A stretch of 64,000 nt of DNA from Candidatus Latescibacterota bacterium (GTDB lineage Bacteria > Latescibacterota > UBA2968 > GCA-2709665). The notes under the pieces are model-generated. The model did not search any database. It saw nothing but the letters and a program-made list of their open reading frames with translations, and was not told the DNA's origin. The stretch is from assembly GCA_965237675.1 (NCBI GenBank), contig OZ250150.1:2336001-2400000 (forward strand). The letters run 5' to 3'. Below, one piece after another: positions 29,079 to 38,679 of the stretch (positions within the stretch are counted from its first letter, which is position 1; every line of letters starts with the position of its first letter). The translations under genes were made by a program, and so were the position numbers.

Positions 29079-32000
29079 TCAGAAACGGCTTCCCGGCCGG
29101 AAACGGACCGATGGCGGGGTTTTTTCGAAGGCGGCGACAAAGGCGATGAAATCCCCGAATCCGACCGTTCCGTTGCCGTCGAGGTCGAAGCGGGCGTCGG
29201 TGGAGCCGAAGCCCTGCGCAAAGAGCACGAAGTCGGCAAAGTCAATCACGCCGTCGCTGTTGAAGTCGGCGTCGCCGGAGGGGACTTCGGGCGGCGGCGG
29301 CGGTGGCGGCGGGTCCGGCGGGGGCTCGCGTTGGTATTCATTGGGAAAGTTGACGGTAAGTTGGAGGATGCGGTGGTTGTTCGTGTCGGCAACGTAGATC
29401 CTTCCGTCCGGACCGGTAGCAACGCCCGATGGCGCATTCAGCCTCGTCTCGGTACCGGCGCCCGCGGCCTGATTGAATCCGGGTAACCCGGTGCCCGCCA
29501 CCGTCTGGATGATGCCCAGGTGCAGGTCGAGAACCCGTATCCGATGGTTCCCGGTGTCCGCAACGTAAAGATATCCGTCGTCGTCAACGGCAACGCCCTC
29601 GGGGCCGTTCAGCGCGGCCGTGGCGCCAGGCCCTCCGTCGCCCGAATAACCGGCCTCTCCGGTTCCGGCCACGGTGGAAATGATGCCTTCTGTGTCCACC
29701 ATGCGGATGCGATGGTTTCCGGTATCGGCGATGAACACTCGGCCCCGGCCGTCTGCGGCAACACCCTGTGGCGTGTTCAGCGCGGCCAGGGTGGCCAGGT
29801 CGCCGTCACCCGAAAAACCGTCCTGAAAGCTGCCCGCAAAGGTGGAAATGATGCCGTTGGCGTCTACCTTTCGAACCCGGTGGTTGAAGCGTTCGGTAAT
29901 CCAGACGTTCCCGCTTGCGTCGGCCGCCGTGCCGACGGGGCCGGACAGGTTCGCATCTACCGCCGCGCGACCGTCACCGCCATAACCGGGGATGTCCCTG
30001 CCGGCGAAGGCGAGGATGTTCTCGTTTGAAAGGTCGAGACGGCGTACGATATGGCCGCTCTGTTCGCCGATAATGAGATCCCCGCCCGGCGTCAGCGCGA
30101 GTCCCCGGGGGTCTCCGAGGCTGGCATCGGCGGCCGGGCCGCCGGTGCCGGTTGGGATGCCGATTCCATTCCCGGCGATGGTGTTAATCGATCCATCGAC
30201 ATTGACCCTTCGCACCCGGTTGTTTCCCGAATCGGAAATGTAAATGGCGCCGGTCGTCTCGACTGCGACACCTCGTGGGGCGTTCAGGAACGCCTGGTCG
30301 GCGGGGCCGCCGTCCCCTCCGAAACTGGCCCGGCTCCCACCGGTACCGGCAAGCGTGCGTATAGGGGTATGTTCGGATCCAACGGGCGGCAGCAGGCTTA
30401 TCGTGATCTGTCCGGGCGAGAGGCCCTGAAACCGTGCCGAGGCGAAGACATCACCCGGAGTCGTCCCGGCCTGAAAAAGGATGGATGCAAGCCCGTCCCG
30501 CACCAGAGCCGTATCGCCGTCCACGAAGGCGCCGTCGCCGGACGCGACGTCGAAAACCAGGCGACGGTTATTGATGAGCGAGACTTCGTCCCTGCCGTCC
30601 AGGATGCGGGCTCGAATTTCGGTCTGCGCCTCTCCGTTGGCCACCAGAGCGGTGGCGTTGGCATCCAGCACGATCCGCTCCGGTGGGGGCGGCGCGGTTT
30701 CGGTCAGCTCCAACACCGTATTTGCGGCGATGTCATAGACCCGCTGCGCGATGCCTGAAGGCCATCGAACCGTGAGGGTGTCGACTCGCTCGGCGTCACC
30801 CAGGCCGAACGTGGCGGTGAGGGCGTCTTGCGAGAGATAGGATGCGCCACCGGTGATTTCGCGAATCGCCCGGTTTCCGCCGAAGGCGATCTCGAATCGG
30901 GTGCCGATGGCGTCCGGACTGCTTCGCGTGGCGTCCGGGCGAATGGCGAGCCAGTTTCCATTGGATTCCTGGTTGTGGAAGAGATGGTCGGCGCCGTCTT
31001 GCACGGCCACGAAAATATCCAACCCGCCGTCGCCGTTGAAGTCCGCCAGGGCCACGCCTCGGCTGTTGGTGCCGCCGGCCACGCGGAAGGAGTCGGCCAG
31101 GTCGGTGAATGTGTCGCCGTCGTTAAGGAAGAGGTTGTTCTTCTGTCCCGCATTGGAGACGTAGAGATCCAGATCGCCGTCGTTATCGAAATCACCCCAG
31201 ACGGCGCCCCTGCTGTCCACCGTGTCCGGGCCCGTCACGTTGAAGCTCCCGCTGGATTCCTGAAACTGGCCGGCGGTATTGACGTAGAGGCGGTTGCCTT
31301 CGCCGAAGTATGTCACGTACAGATCCAGGTCCTTGTCGTTGTCGAAATCGCCCCAACTTGCGCCGAAACTGGGGCCGCCCAGTCCGAGTTCCTCCAGGCC
31401 GGCTTCCGGCGTCGCATCGACAAAAGTGCCGTTTTCGTTCCGGAAGAGCCGATTGGGCCCGCTGTTTGCGAGAAAGAGATCCGGGTCCCCATCGTCGTCG
31501 TAGTCCGCCCACGCCGGCTGCAGGCTGCTGTTGGCGTCGTCCAGACCCGCCTCCGCGGCAGCCTCGACGAAGCGGCCCCCGTCATTGAGATAGAAACGGT
31601 TTTCGCCGAAGTTGGCCACGTAGAGGTCGGGGTCGCCGTCCCCTTCCACGTCAGCCCAGGCCGCGCCGTACCCGTCTCCGCCGTCGTCCACGCCAACCAC
31701 GGCGCCAATTTCGGTGAAGCGGCTTCCGTCGTTCCGGTAGAGCCGGTTGGCCTGCCCGAAGTTGGTGACGTAGAGATCCAGGTCGCCGTCACCGTCGAAA
31801 TCCGCCCAGGCCGCGGCGCTGCCGTCGCCGTCGTCCGCCACGCCGACTTGGGCAGCAACTTCTGTAAAGCCGTCGCCGTCATTCCGGTAGAGCAGATTGG
31901 ACTGCAGGCTGCGCACCACGTAGAGGTCGGGGTCGTCGTCGTTGTCGTAGTCCGCCCAGGCGGCGCCGAAACCTGCGCCCTGATCAGCCATACCCCGGTC

Positions 32001-33800
32001 ATCCGCCAGGTCGAGGAATCCGCCGGGGTTGGAAATTCTACCCAGGCCCTGCAGGGGGATAGCGATTTCAGGATCGTCCGGATCGTTGCTGAACAGGGTG
32101 AGTTCCGCCCGCTGGTTTCCCGCCCGCGCGGGACGGAAGAAGACGTCCAGGCTTTGTCGCTGGCTCGACGGGATGCGCAGGGTGTCGTCCAGACCAACGG
32201 AGAATTGAATGGAGTCCGTCAATTCGGCGCGGAAGACGGTCAGTACGCCGGCGCCCAGGTTCGCGACCCGCAAAATGAATTCCTGCTCGCGGCCGATATA
32301 CGTGCGTTCGAACGTGATGCTTTCGGGGAAGACACCGATGTCGGGCGCCGCGCCCGTTCCCGAGAGAGGGACGGTGAGGGTGGGACGCCAGGGGTCGTCT
32401 GTATCGATGGTAAGCGTACCTTCCACCACGCCTTCGGTCCGCGGGCTGAACCGTACCCGGATTTCGGCCTCCCCGGCCGGATCGATTTCGATCGGAAATG
32501 CGTCCAGCAGGACGAACTCTTCCCGGTCGGTCGCGGCGCCACCCAGGGTGAGGGTGCGCCTGCCCACATTCTCGATGGTAAACGCACGCGTCGCTTGATC
32601 GTCCACGACGACCGCACGGAAGTCGATACGGGCGGTCGTCAGACGGAGGACGGGCGACTGGAAGGCCGGGTCATGGAGTTTGCGGATGCGGCTGTTGCCC
32701 GTATCCACGACGATCAGATTGCCGTTCGGATCCAGAACCACGCGGGTAGGCTCCCGGAACTCGGCGAGCGGGGCAGGACCCCCGTCACCGGCTGTGCCGG
32801 CATTGCCTGTGCCCGCGACGGTGAAAATATCCCCTGAAATGGGATCCACGGCACGGACGCGATTGTTGCCGGTATCCGATATAAAGAGGGTTCCGTCCTC
32901 GCCGACGGCCACGCCGCCGGGTAAATCGAGCCGGGCGGAGGTGGCCGGGCCGCCGTCGCCCGAGAATCCGCCCCCACCCCCGAAAACGGGCCCGCGGCCG
33001 GCCACCGTTGACACGATACCGGTTTCCGCGTCCACGCGCCGGATGCGATAATTGTTAAAGTCCGCGATAAAGATGTTGCCGTCCCCGTCCAGCGCGATGC
33101 CTTCCACGGTCATCCCGGCCTCGACCGCTGGGCCGCCGTCGCCGCCGAATGAGAAATCACCGTTGCCGGCAAGGGTGGTGATCCCGCCGCTGCCGAGGTC
33201 GATTCTGCGTACCCGGTTGTTTCCACGGCCCTGTCCGTCCAGCCCGTCCGCGATATAGAGCCCGTCACGGGGGCCCACAGCCAGAGCGACGATTTCTCCG
33301 AATACAGCGGAAAGGGCCGGGCCCCCGTCGCCGTCAAAGCCGAACTCCCCGTTGCCGGCAAGCGTGGTTATGATCCCCGTGCCGGCATCGATACGCCGGA
33401 TGCGGCGGTTGCCCGTATCGCCAATGTATATATTGCCGTCCTCGTCTACCGCAACGGCCTGCGGCCTTTCCAATTGCGCTTCGACGGCAGGTCCGCCGTC
33501 GCCCGAAAATCCGGATTCCCCGGTACCTGCGACGGTAGTGACTTGCCCGGTGACCGCATCGACCCTGCGGATTCGGTGGGTGCCCGTATCGGCAATGTAG
33601 ACGTGGCCATTAGCGTCCGTAGCAGCACCCAGGGGGATGCTCAGGGCCAGGTCGGTCGCTGGGATGTTCTCGCCCTCCTGGTTACCGCCGCCTGCAATGG
33701 TGATCAGCGTGCCACGTGTCTGAGCGAATGACGCGCCGGCGAGGGCGAACGAGAAAAGAACGAAAAACAGAGTCCGCGTATGTGTTCGGATACAATGCAT
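29079..33800 (-). CDS. Large secreted protein: NHL propeller, two ASH-like Ig domains, FG-GAP/ASPIC-UnbV, invasin-like Ig, second NHL propeller, Pro linker, dockerin/EF-hand
   Basis: Signal peptide, GDGGPA…IADTGNHRIR repeats, WADYDNDGDPDLYV repeats, VRWPSG, DFNSDGVIDFADF…DLDGNGTVGFGDF. Confidence 0.88.
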   Translation of the reverse strand: MHCIRTHTRTLFFVLFSFALAGASFAQTRGTLITIAGGGNQEGENIPATDLALSIPLGAATDANGHVYIADTGTHRIRRVDAVTGQVTTVAGTGESGFSGDGGPAVEAQLERPQAVAVDEDGNIYIGDTGNRRIRRIDAGTGIITTLAGNGEFGFDGDGGPALSAVFGEIVALAVGPRDGLYIADGLDGQGRGNNRVRRIDLGSGGITTLAGNGDFSFGGDGGPAVEAGMTVEGIALDGDGNIFIADFNNYRIRRVDAETGIVSTVAGRGPVFGGGGGFSGDGGPATSARLDLPGGVAVGEDGTLFISDTGNNRVRAVDPISGDIFTVAGTGNAGTAGDGGPAPLAEFREPTRVVLDPNGNLIVVDTGNSRIRKLHDPAFQSPVLRLTTARIDFRAVVVDDQATRAFTIENVGRRTLTLGGAATDREEFVLLDAFPIEIDPAGEAEIRVRFSPRTEGVVEGTLTIDTDDPWRPTLTVPLSGTGAAPDIGVFPESITFERTYIGREQEFILRVANLGAGVLTVFRAELTDSIQFSVGLDDTLRIPSSQRQSLDVFFRPARAGNQRAELTLFSNDPDDPEIAIPLQGLGRISNPGGFLDLADDRGMADQGAGFGAAWADYDNDDDPDLYVVRSLQSNLLYRNDGDGFTEVAAQVGVADDGDGSAAAWADFDGDGDLDLYVTNFGQANRLYRNDGSRFTEIGAVVGVDDGGDGYGAAWADVEGDGDPDLYVANFGENRFYLNDGGRFVEAAAEAGLDDANSSLQPAWADYDDDGDPDLFLANSGPNRLFRNENGTFVDATPEAGLEELGLGGPSFGASWGDFDNDKDLDLYVTYFGEGNRLYVNTAGQFQESSGSFNVTGPDTVDSRGAVWGDFDNDGDLDLYVSNAGQKNNLFLNDGDTFTDLADSFRVAGGTNSRGVALADFNGDGGLDIFVAVQDGADHLFHNQESNGNWLAIRPDATRSSPDAIGTRFEIAFGGNRAIREITGGASYLSQDALTATFGLGDAERVDTLTVRWPSGIAQRVYDIAANTVLELTETAPPPPERIVLDANATALVANGEAQTEIRARILDGRDEVSLINNRRLVFDVASGDGAFVDGDTALVRDGLASILFQAGTTPGDVFASARFQGLSPGQITISLLPPVGSEHTPIRTLAGTGGSRASFGGDGGPADQAFLNAPRGVAVETTGAIYISDSGNNRVRRVNVDGSINTIAGNGIGIPTGTGGPAADASLGDPRGLALTPGGDLIIGEQSGHIVRRLDLSNENILAFAGRDIPGYGGDGRAAVDANLSGPVGTAADASGNVWITERFNHRVRKVDANGIISTFAGSFQDGFSGDGDLATLAALNTPQGVAADGRGRVFIADTGNHRIRMVDTEGIISTVAGTGEAGYSGDGGPGATAALNGPEGVAVDDDGYLYVADTGNHRIRVLDLHLGIIQTVAGTGLPGFNQAAGAGTETRLNAPSGVATGPDGRIYVADTNNHRILQLTVNFPNEYQREPPPDPPPPPPPPEVPSGDADFNSDGVIDFADFVLFAQGFGSTDARFDLDGNGTVGFGDFIAFVAAFEKTPPSVRFRPGSRF

Positions 33801-33856
33801 AGGCTGGAGGGGGGAAAAACGCCGCGTGGAACGCGTTGCCCTTCAGGCCGGCCGGT

Positions 33857-34858
33857 TTAACGTCCTTCGAATAGATCCCGACCCTTGACCAGGGCCTCGA
33901 TCTTGCGGTCGGCGACGTTTCGCTGAAGCATCCAGAAACCGCAGTCGGGATGGATGCAGGCGATGCGTGCCAGCCCGAGGTGTCGGGCGGCGAATTCGAT
34001 GTCCGATGCGATTTCGTCCGGGGTTTCCACGATGTTGTTCTTGATGTCGATCACACCGATGCCGATTCGGACGGATTGCGGAAGTTCCTTCAGGCTTGCT
34101 GCGTGTTCGATACCCCGGCGTTTGAATTCGAGGACCAGGTGGTCCGCTCTCAGGGCCGCGAGAAAAGGAATCAGGTCCTGCCACGTGCCGTGCTGGACGG
34201 TCTGGCCGCCGTAATTCCCGAAACAGACGTGCACGGCCTTTTCGCCCTTCACGGCATCGAGGACGGTGTTTATCGCCCGGGCGGCCCACGCGGCTTCTTC
34301 CGGGTGTCCCGGGATATTGGCTTCGTCGATCTGGATCACGTCCGCGTCGATGTCCGCAACCTGTCTGGCGAGGAGTTCGCCGAGGGCCAGGGCCACGGCA
34401 GCGGGGTCTCCATAGTGGCGGTCCATCAGGACTTTACTGAGCATGTGGGGTCCGGTGAGGGTGAATTTGAGTTTCGACCGGGTCAGGGGCCGGACCATCC
34501 GGAAGTCCGCGGGTAAGTTGAGCTCGCCCTCGTCCAGACCTCTTTCGATCAGGCCGGCGGGCGCCGCGCGATAGGAGAGGCCGGCTTCCCTGCGAAATGC
34601 GTCAAGGGTCTGGCGCCCGAACCGGGTGGTGATACCGCCCAATCGTCGCGCGAAATAGTCAATCATGCCGTTGGTTTCAGGATGATTGACGTCGAACCGG
34701 TAGAGTTCACCGTCGGCGACGACGTCAATCCCCGCTTCTTCCTGGGTCTTGATCACGACCCTCATGGCATCGATTAATGTCTGTCGGGAGGGAGAAGCTC
34801 GCAGCCAGTCCGGTACGGGATAGCTTCCAACGACGGTGGTGGGGATGCGGTGGGGCAT
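33857..34858 (-). CDS. Cobalamin-independent methionine synthase, catalytic (core) domain only
   Basis: Motifs TTVVGSYP, DGE, GPHML, IQIDE, HVCFGN, LEF, GVID, HPDCG; the N-terminal MetE barrel is absent. Confidence 0.85.
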   Translation of the reverse strand: MPHRIPTTVVGSYPVPDWLRASPSRQTLIDAMRVVIKTQEEAGIDVVADGELYRFDVNHPETNGMIDYFARRLGGITTRFGRQTLDAFRREAGLSYRAAPAGLIERGLDEGELNLPADFRMVRPLTRSKLKFTLTGPHMLSKVLMDRHYGDPAAVALALGELLARQVADIDADVIQIDEANIPGHPEEAAWAARAINTVLDAVKGEKAVHVCFGNYGGQTVQHGTWQDLIPFLAALRADHLVLEFKRRGIEHAASLKELPQSVRIGIGVIDIKNNIVETPDEIASDIEFAARHLGLARIACIHPDCGFWMLQRNVADRKIEALVKGRDLFEGR

Positions 34859-34901
34859 GGCTGAGGTTTTCGTGGGGAATCCCGGCATCTTGCGATGGGG
34901 C

Positions 34902-36101
34902 CTACTTTCGCCGGGTTTTCGGGGGTCTCAGTTCTTGACGGATCGCCTCCAGCCTGGTGCGGTTCCCGGGGTCGGGGCTCTGCAGGGCGTTCAACAGGAA
35001 TGCGATCAGGATGCTGAATAGCAGGCTCAGGCCGGCGGCCGTACCGACCATCAGCACGCGCCGTGGGCGGCTTCGGAAGTCGGGGGGTACGGCCGGATCC
35101 AGAACCACGACCAGGGACGTCTCCTTTTTCTCTTCGAAACTGCTTTTTTCGTATTCATGGAGTACGAATTGATAGATGAGGTTACGGATTTCCATTTCGC
35201 GCATCAATCGCAGGGCCTGAAGTCCCAGGTCGGGGATCTGATCCATCGGTATCATGATGCCGGGCAAATTGCGATCTGCCCGGCCGCCGCTGTCCGGGGC
35301 CGACCCCGACAGGATGCCGTCCAGTGCTTTTTTTGCGCCCTCGATTTCAATGTCGAGTTGCCTGACTCTGCTATTGTCGGGATTCATCTGAAGGGCGGCG
35401 ATTTCACGGCGGATGATCATCTCGCCCAGCGTTGAGGTGATGAGGGAGGAGTAGGCGTCAATCTGCGCCTTGGTCTGGCTTTCGATGTCAATGGCCGAAT
35501 GTTCCTTCTGGAACGCATTGTAGGCCTCCTCGGCTTCAATCATGCGGCGCTCGGCCTGCATGAGGCGCTTTTGCAGGTAGCTGCGGAGGTCCCCCGCCTG
35601 TTGTTCGCGCCGGTGCCTGAGCGCAAGGTCGAGTTCTACAACGAAGGCATTGGCGATTTCGGCGGCTCGTTCCGGGGTTTCCGCCAGGTAGGACACGGTC
35701 AGGAATTGTTCGCGGGAGAGTTCCACGTCGAGCCGGTCGTCGACCATCTGCAGGAGTTCCTCACGGGTCTCGGCTCCGTATGCTTCCTGAAGATTGAAGC
35801 GGCGAATAATGGCTTCTGCCACACGCTGGCTCTTCAGGATGGGCACGAATTCGGTGGCCGAAACGGCGTTTTCTCCCAGGCCGAGCATGCCCACCGGCAG
35901 CTTTTCGAGAATGGCGGAGATCCCCAGCGATCCCTGGCCCTCACTGGGCGGAAACAGGACGGCGCTGGCGCGGTAGACCGGGGTGATGATCAGACTGATC
36001 CCCGCGGTCAATGCCGATACGGTGAAGCACGTGACGAGGATCATTCGCCGCCAGCGGGCAAGGACAGCCAGATGGTCGAGGATATTTTTTTCGGGTTCCA
36101 T
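34902..36101 (-). CDS. Wzz/GumC-like polysaccharide chain-length determinant
   Basis: Two TM segments flanking a coiled coil; YRASA, AAEIAN, VLDPAVPP…RPRR. Confidence 0.8.
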   Translation of the reverse strand: MEPEKNILDHLAVLARWRRMILVTCFTVSALTAGISLIITPVYRASAVLFPPSEGQGSLGISAILEKLPVGMLGLGENAVSATEFVPILKSQRVAEAIIRRFNLQEAYGAETREELLQMVDDRLDVELSREQFLTVSYLAETPERAAEIANAFVVELDLALRHRREQQAGDLRSYLQKRLMQAERRMIEAEEAYNAFQKEHSAIDIESQTKAQIDAYSSLITSTLGEMIIRREIAALQMNPDNSRVRQLDIEIEGAKKALDGILSGSAPDSGGRADRNLPGIMIPMDQIPDLGLQALRLMREMEIRNLIYQFVLHEYEKSSFEEKKETSLVVVLDPAVPPDFRSRPRRVLMVGTAAGLSLLFSILIAFLLNALQSPDPGNRTRLEAIRQELRPPKTRRK

Positions 36102-37783
36102 CACCGGCTGATGCTCCGAACCGCAATCACCAGAGAGGCCACCTGCGATAGGACGACCAGCGTCTCACGAAAGAGCCGCCAGCCATGGACGGGTTTTTTC
36201 CCCATGACAAAAATGGTGTCTCCAGGATTGATACGCTGAATCTTGGAGGCTTGTGTCCAGTTTCCAGTGCTGGCCTGTATCACGTAAATTTCACCTTTTT
36301 CCGCCTGCTCGTTCAGTCCGCCCGCCTTGCTGATGTAGTCCTGGGCACGAAGATCCGCTTGATAGGGAATGGCGCCCGGGGTGATGACGTATCCGTTGAC
36401 GAGGACCGAGGGCACCAGTCTCGGTATCCGTACGATATCTCCGTCGTTGAGCAGGATGTTCTGCGAGTCATCCCTCTTCTCAAAGAGGGCGACGAAATCC
36501 ACCGGAAGGCGTCCCGACATCTGCTGTTTTTGCATAGCCATGAAGGTTCGCTGGGCGTCGGTCAGGCTGATGGGCCCAACGCTCTGCAGTTGCTTCGGAC
36601 CGGCCACCCCTTTCGGAAACTCCACGCGGCGGACCACGATGGATTGGGCGAGAGAGGCTCTGGACGTAAAACCGCCCGCTCTCTGGATCAGATCCTTCAG
36701 TGTCATCCCCGAGCCGATGAAATAGGAACCGGGGAAATAGACTTCGCCTTCCACGCTCGCCGAGCGTTCCTTCACGGCCACGTGCAGTTTATCGCCGGCA
36801 CGCACCGGCAGGTTCGCGTCCGGGTCGCCCTGCAGTGCCTGCAAAAGGCGGACAGTATGACGCTCTTCACGTTCTTCTACAAAAAAAGTACGGAGCAGTT
36901 CCGCGCTTGCGGTGCCTGCCTCGCCGTTCAACCCCCCCGCAAGAGCAATCAGGTCGGAGACGCGATCGCCGGGAATGAACTCGTAACTTCCGGGTTTGTA
37001 GACGGCGCCCGATATACTAAGCGAGTCCTTGAGCGCGGGCACAAAGATCTGATCCCCATCCAAAAGGAAGGGATTGTGGGCGATATCCCCTGAAAGCCGC
37101 CACAGGGCGAGGTCCGCCCCACGGTCGGTATTCATCGGTACGCCCCGTTCGGAGAGCCGTTGGATCCGAATGTTCCGTTGCGAAGCCCTGCCCTCGGGCG
37201 GTTCCAGAAATCCGCCGGCCTGGTTGATGAGTTCGGAAACCTGTTCGGTTCCTTCGACCATGTAGGTTCCCGGATGCACGACCTGCCCGACGACGTTGAC
37301 GGGAAAGCTGCGCAGTTGGGCCAGAGAGATCTGGATGCTGGGGTGACGGAACCGGTCCTGGACCGCTTCCTGAATTTTCTTGCGGCTCTCGCCCAGGCTC
37401 AGCCCGGCAAGCTGTATGTTGCCCACGTATGGGACGTGGAGTTTGCCCTCCGCACCGATGATGACAGGAAGCGTGAGGGGTTCTTCTCCGGCTTCAAAGT
37501 GGATGCTGAAAACATCCCCCGGACCTACGATGTACCGTTCGGAACGAATGATGGCATCGTACGCGATCTTGCCGATCCATTTCACGTCGAGGCCCTGCAT
37601 CTGATCCGATTGAAGCGTTCTTGAAATCGACGGGCGGTCCGACCTGCGCCGGCTTGTTTCCGGCCGCCTCCGTGCGGATTGGGCGCACAGCAGGACCGGT
37701 TCGGTGATCAGTCCGACGGCAAGCACGATCGCAATCAGACGGCAGGCGGGAGATGGTTTACGATAAGAGAAAGGGCCTGTCAT
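36101..37783 (-). CDS. Polysaccharide export protein with SLBB repeats (Wza/KpsD-like)
   Basis: YIVGPGD, G-V-HPG-Y…LI-QAGG repeats, C-terminal amphipathic helix. Confidence 0.82.
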   Translation of the reverse strand: MTGPFSYRKPSPACRLIAIVLAVGLITEPVLLCAQSARRRPETSRRRSDRPSISRTLQSDQMQGLDVKWIGKIAYDAIIRSERYIVGPGDVFSIHFEAGEEPLTLPVIIGAEGKLHVPYVGNIQLAGLSLGESRKKIQEAVQDRFRHPSIQISLAQLRSFPVNVVGQVVHPGTYMVEGTEQVSELINQAGGFLEPPEGRASQRNIRIQRLSERGVPMNTDRGADLALWRLSGDIAHNPFLLDGDQIFVPALKDSLSISGAVYKPGSYEFIPGDRVSDLIALAGGLNGEAGTASAELLRTFFVEEREERHTVRLLQALQGDPDANLPVRAGDKLHVAVKERSASVEGEVYFPGSYFIGSGMTLKDLIQRAGGFTSRASLAQSIVVRRVEFPKGVAGPKQLQSVGPISLTDAQRTFMAMQKQQMSGRLPVDFVALFEKRDDSQNILLNDGDIVRIPRLVPSVLVNGYVITPGAIPYQADLRAQDYISKAGGLNEQAEKGEIYVIQASTGNWTQASKIQRINPGDTIFVMGKKPVHGWRLFRETLVVLSQVASLVIAVRSISR

Positions 37784-38679
37784 TCGGTGATTACCCCGTC
37801 TCGATCGACACAGAGCACGGCAGTGTCGACCTGGATGTCTTGTTGCGCCCAGGCGTTATCCATGGCGGTGGCTATATTCGGGGCGTCATCGGTCGCAAAA
37901 GCAAGCAGCGTCGGCCCTGCGCCGCTGAGGCATGCGCCCATGGCCCCGGCCTTTTCCGCGGCCTCGAGCACATGGTCGATACCCGGTACGAGTGACGCCC
38001 GGTAGGGCTGATGCAGGCGGTCGCGCATCGCTGATTTCAAAGCGTGGAGGTTTCCGCTCATCAGTGCTGCCGTAACCAGGCATGCGCGGCCCACGTTGAA
38101 CACCGCATCCCGGTGCGGCACCTGTTCCGGCAGGGCCGCGCGCGCCGCTTCCGTTTTGAGTTTGAAGCGTGGGACCGCGACAACCGCGCGAAGTTCCGGC
38201 GGCGGCAGCGCCCGGATCGATTCAACCCGACCGCCTTCATAGGAGCAGATTGCCAGGCCGCCCAGGAGGCACGGCGCCACATTGTCGGGATGGCCTTCCA
38301 ATTCCGTGGCGAGGTCGAGCAGAGCGGATTCCGAAAAGGGTTCGCCAAGGAGGAGGTTGGACGCATAGACGCCGGCTACGATGGCGGTGGAACTGCTGCC
38401 CAGCCCGCGGGAAAGCGGAATGCCGTTGTGCATCTCCACTTCCAGCCCCGGCAGGGATCGGCCCGCGCGCTGCGCGGCCATGTCGGCTGATCGGAAGAAC
38501 AGGTTGGTTTCGTCTACTGGAAGCTGTCCCGCGCCCTCGCCGGTGACGCGCATCCGTCGATGCGGACCGGACACGGTCCGAACCGCGATCCGGTTATAGA
38601 TGGTCAGTGCGAGGCCCAGCGTGTCGAATCCGGGACCCAGGTTGGAGGTGGAGCCGGGCGCTCTCAGGCGAATTTCCAT
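37780..38679 (-). CDS. thrB: Homoserine kinase
   Basis: Motifs STSNLGPGFD, IPLSRGLGSSS, EGHPDN, DRLHQPYR, LSGAGPT. Confidence 0.95.
   Translation of the reverse strand: MEIRLRAPGSTSNLGPGFDTLGLALTIYNRIAVRTVSGPHRRMRVTGEGAGQLPVDETNLFFRSADMAAQRAGRSLPGLEVEMHNGIPLSRGLGSSSTAIVAGVYASNLLLGEPFSESALLDLATELEGHPDNVAPCLLGGLAICSYEGGRVESIRALPPPELRAVVAVPRFKLKTEAARAALPEQVPHRDAVFNVGRACLVTAALMSGNLHALKSAMRDRLHQPYRASLVPGIDHVLEAAEKAGAMGACLSGAGPTLLAFATDDAPNIATAMDNAWAQQDIQVDTAVLCVDRDGVITE

Noticed and set aside
30828-32837. 669-aa plus-strand ORF
   Set aside because: Antisense shadow of the NHL/FG-GAP gene with no recognisable motifs.
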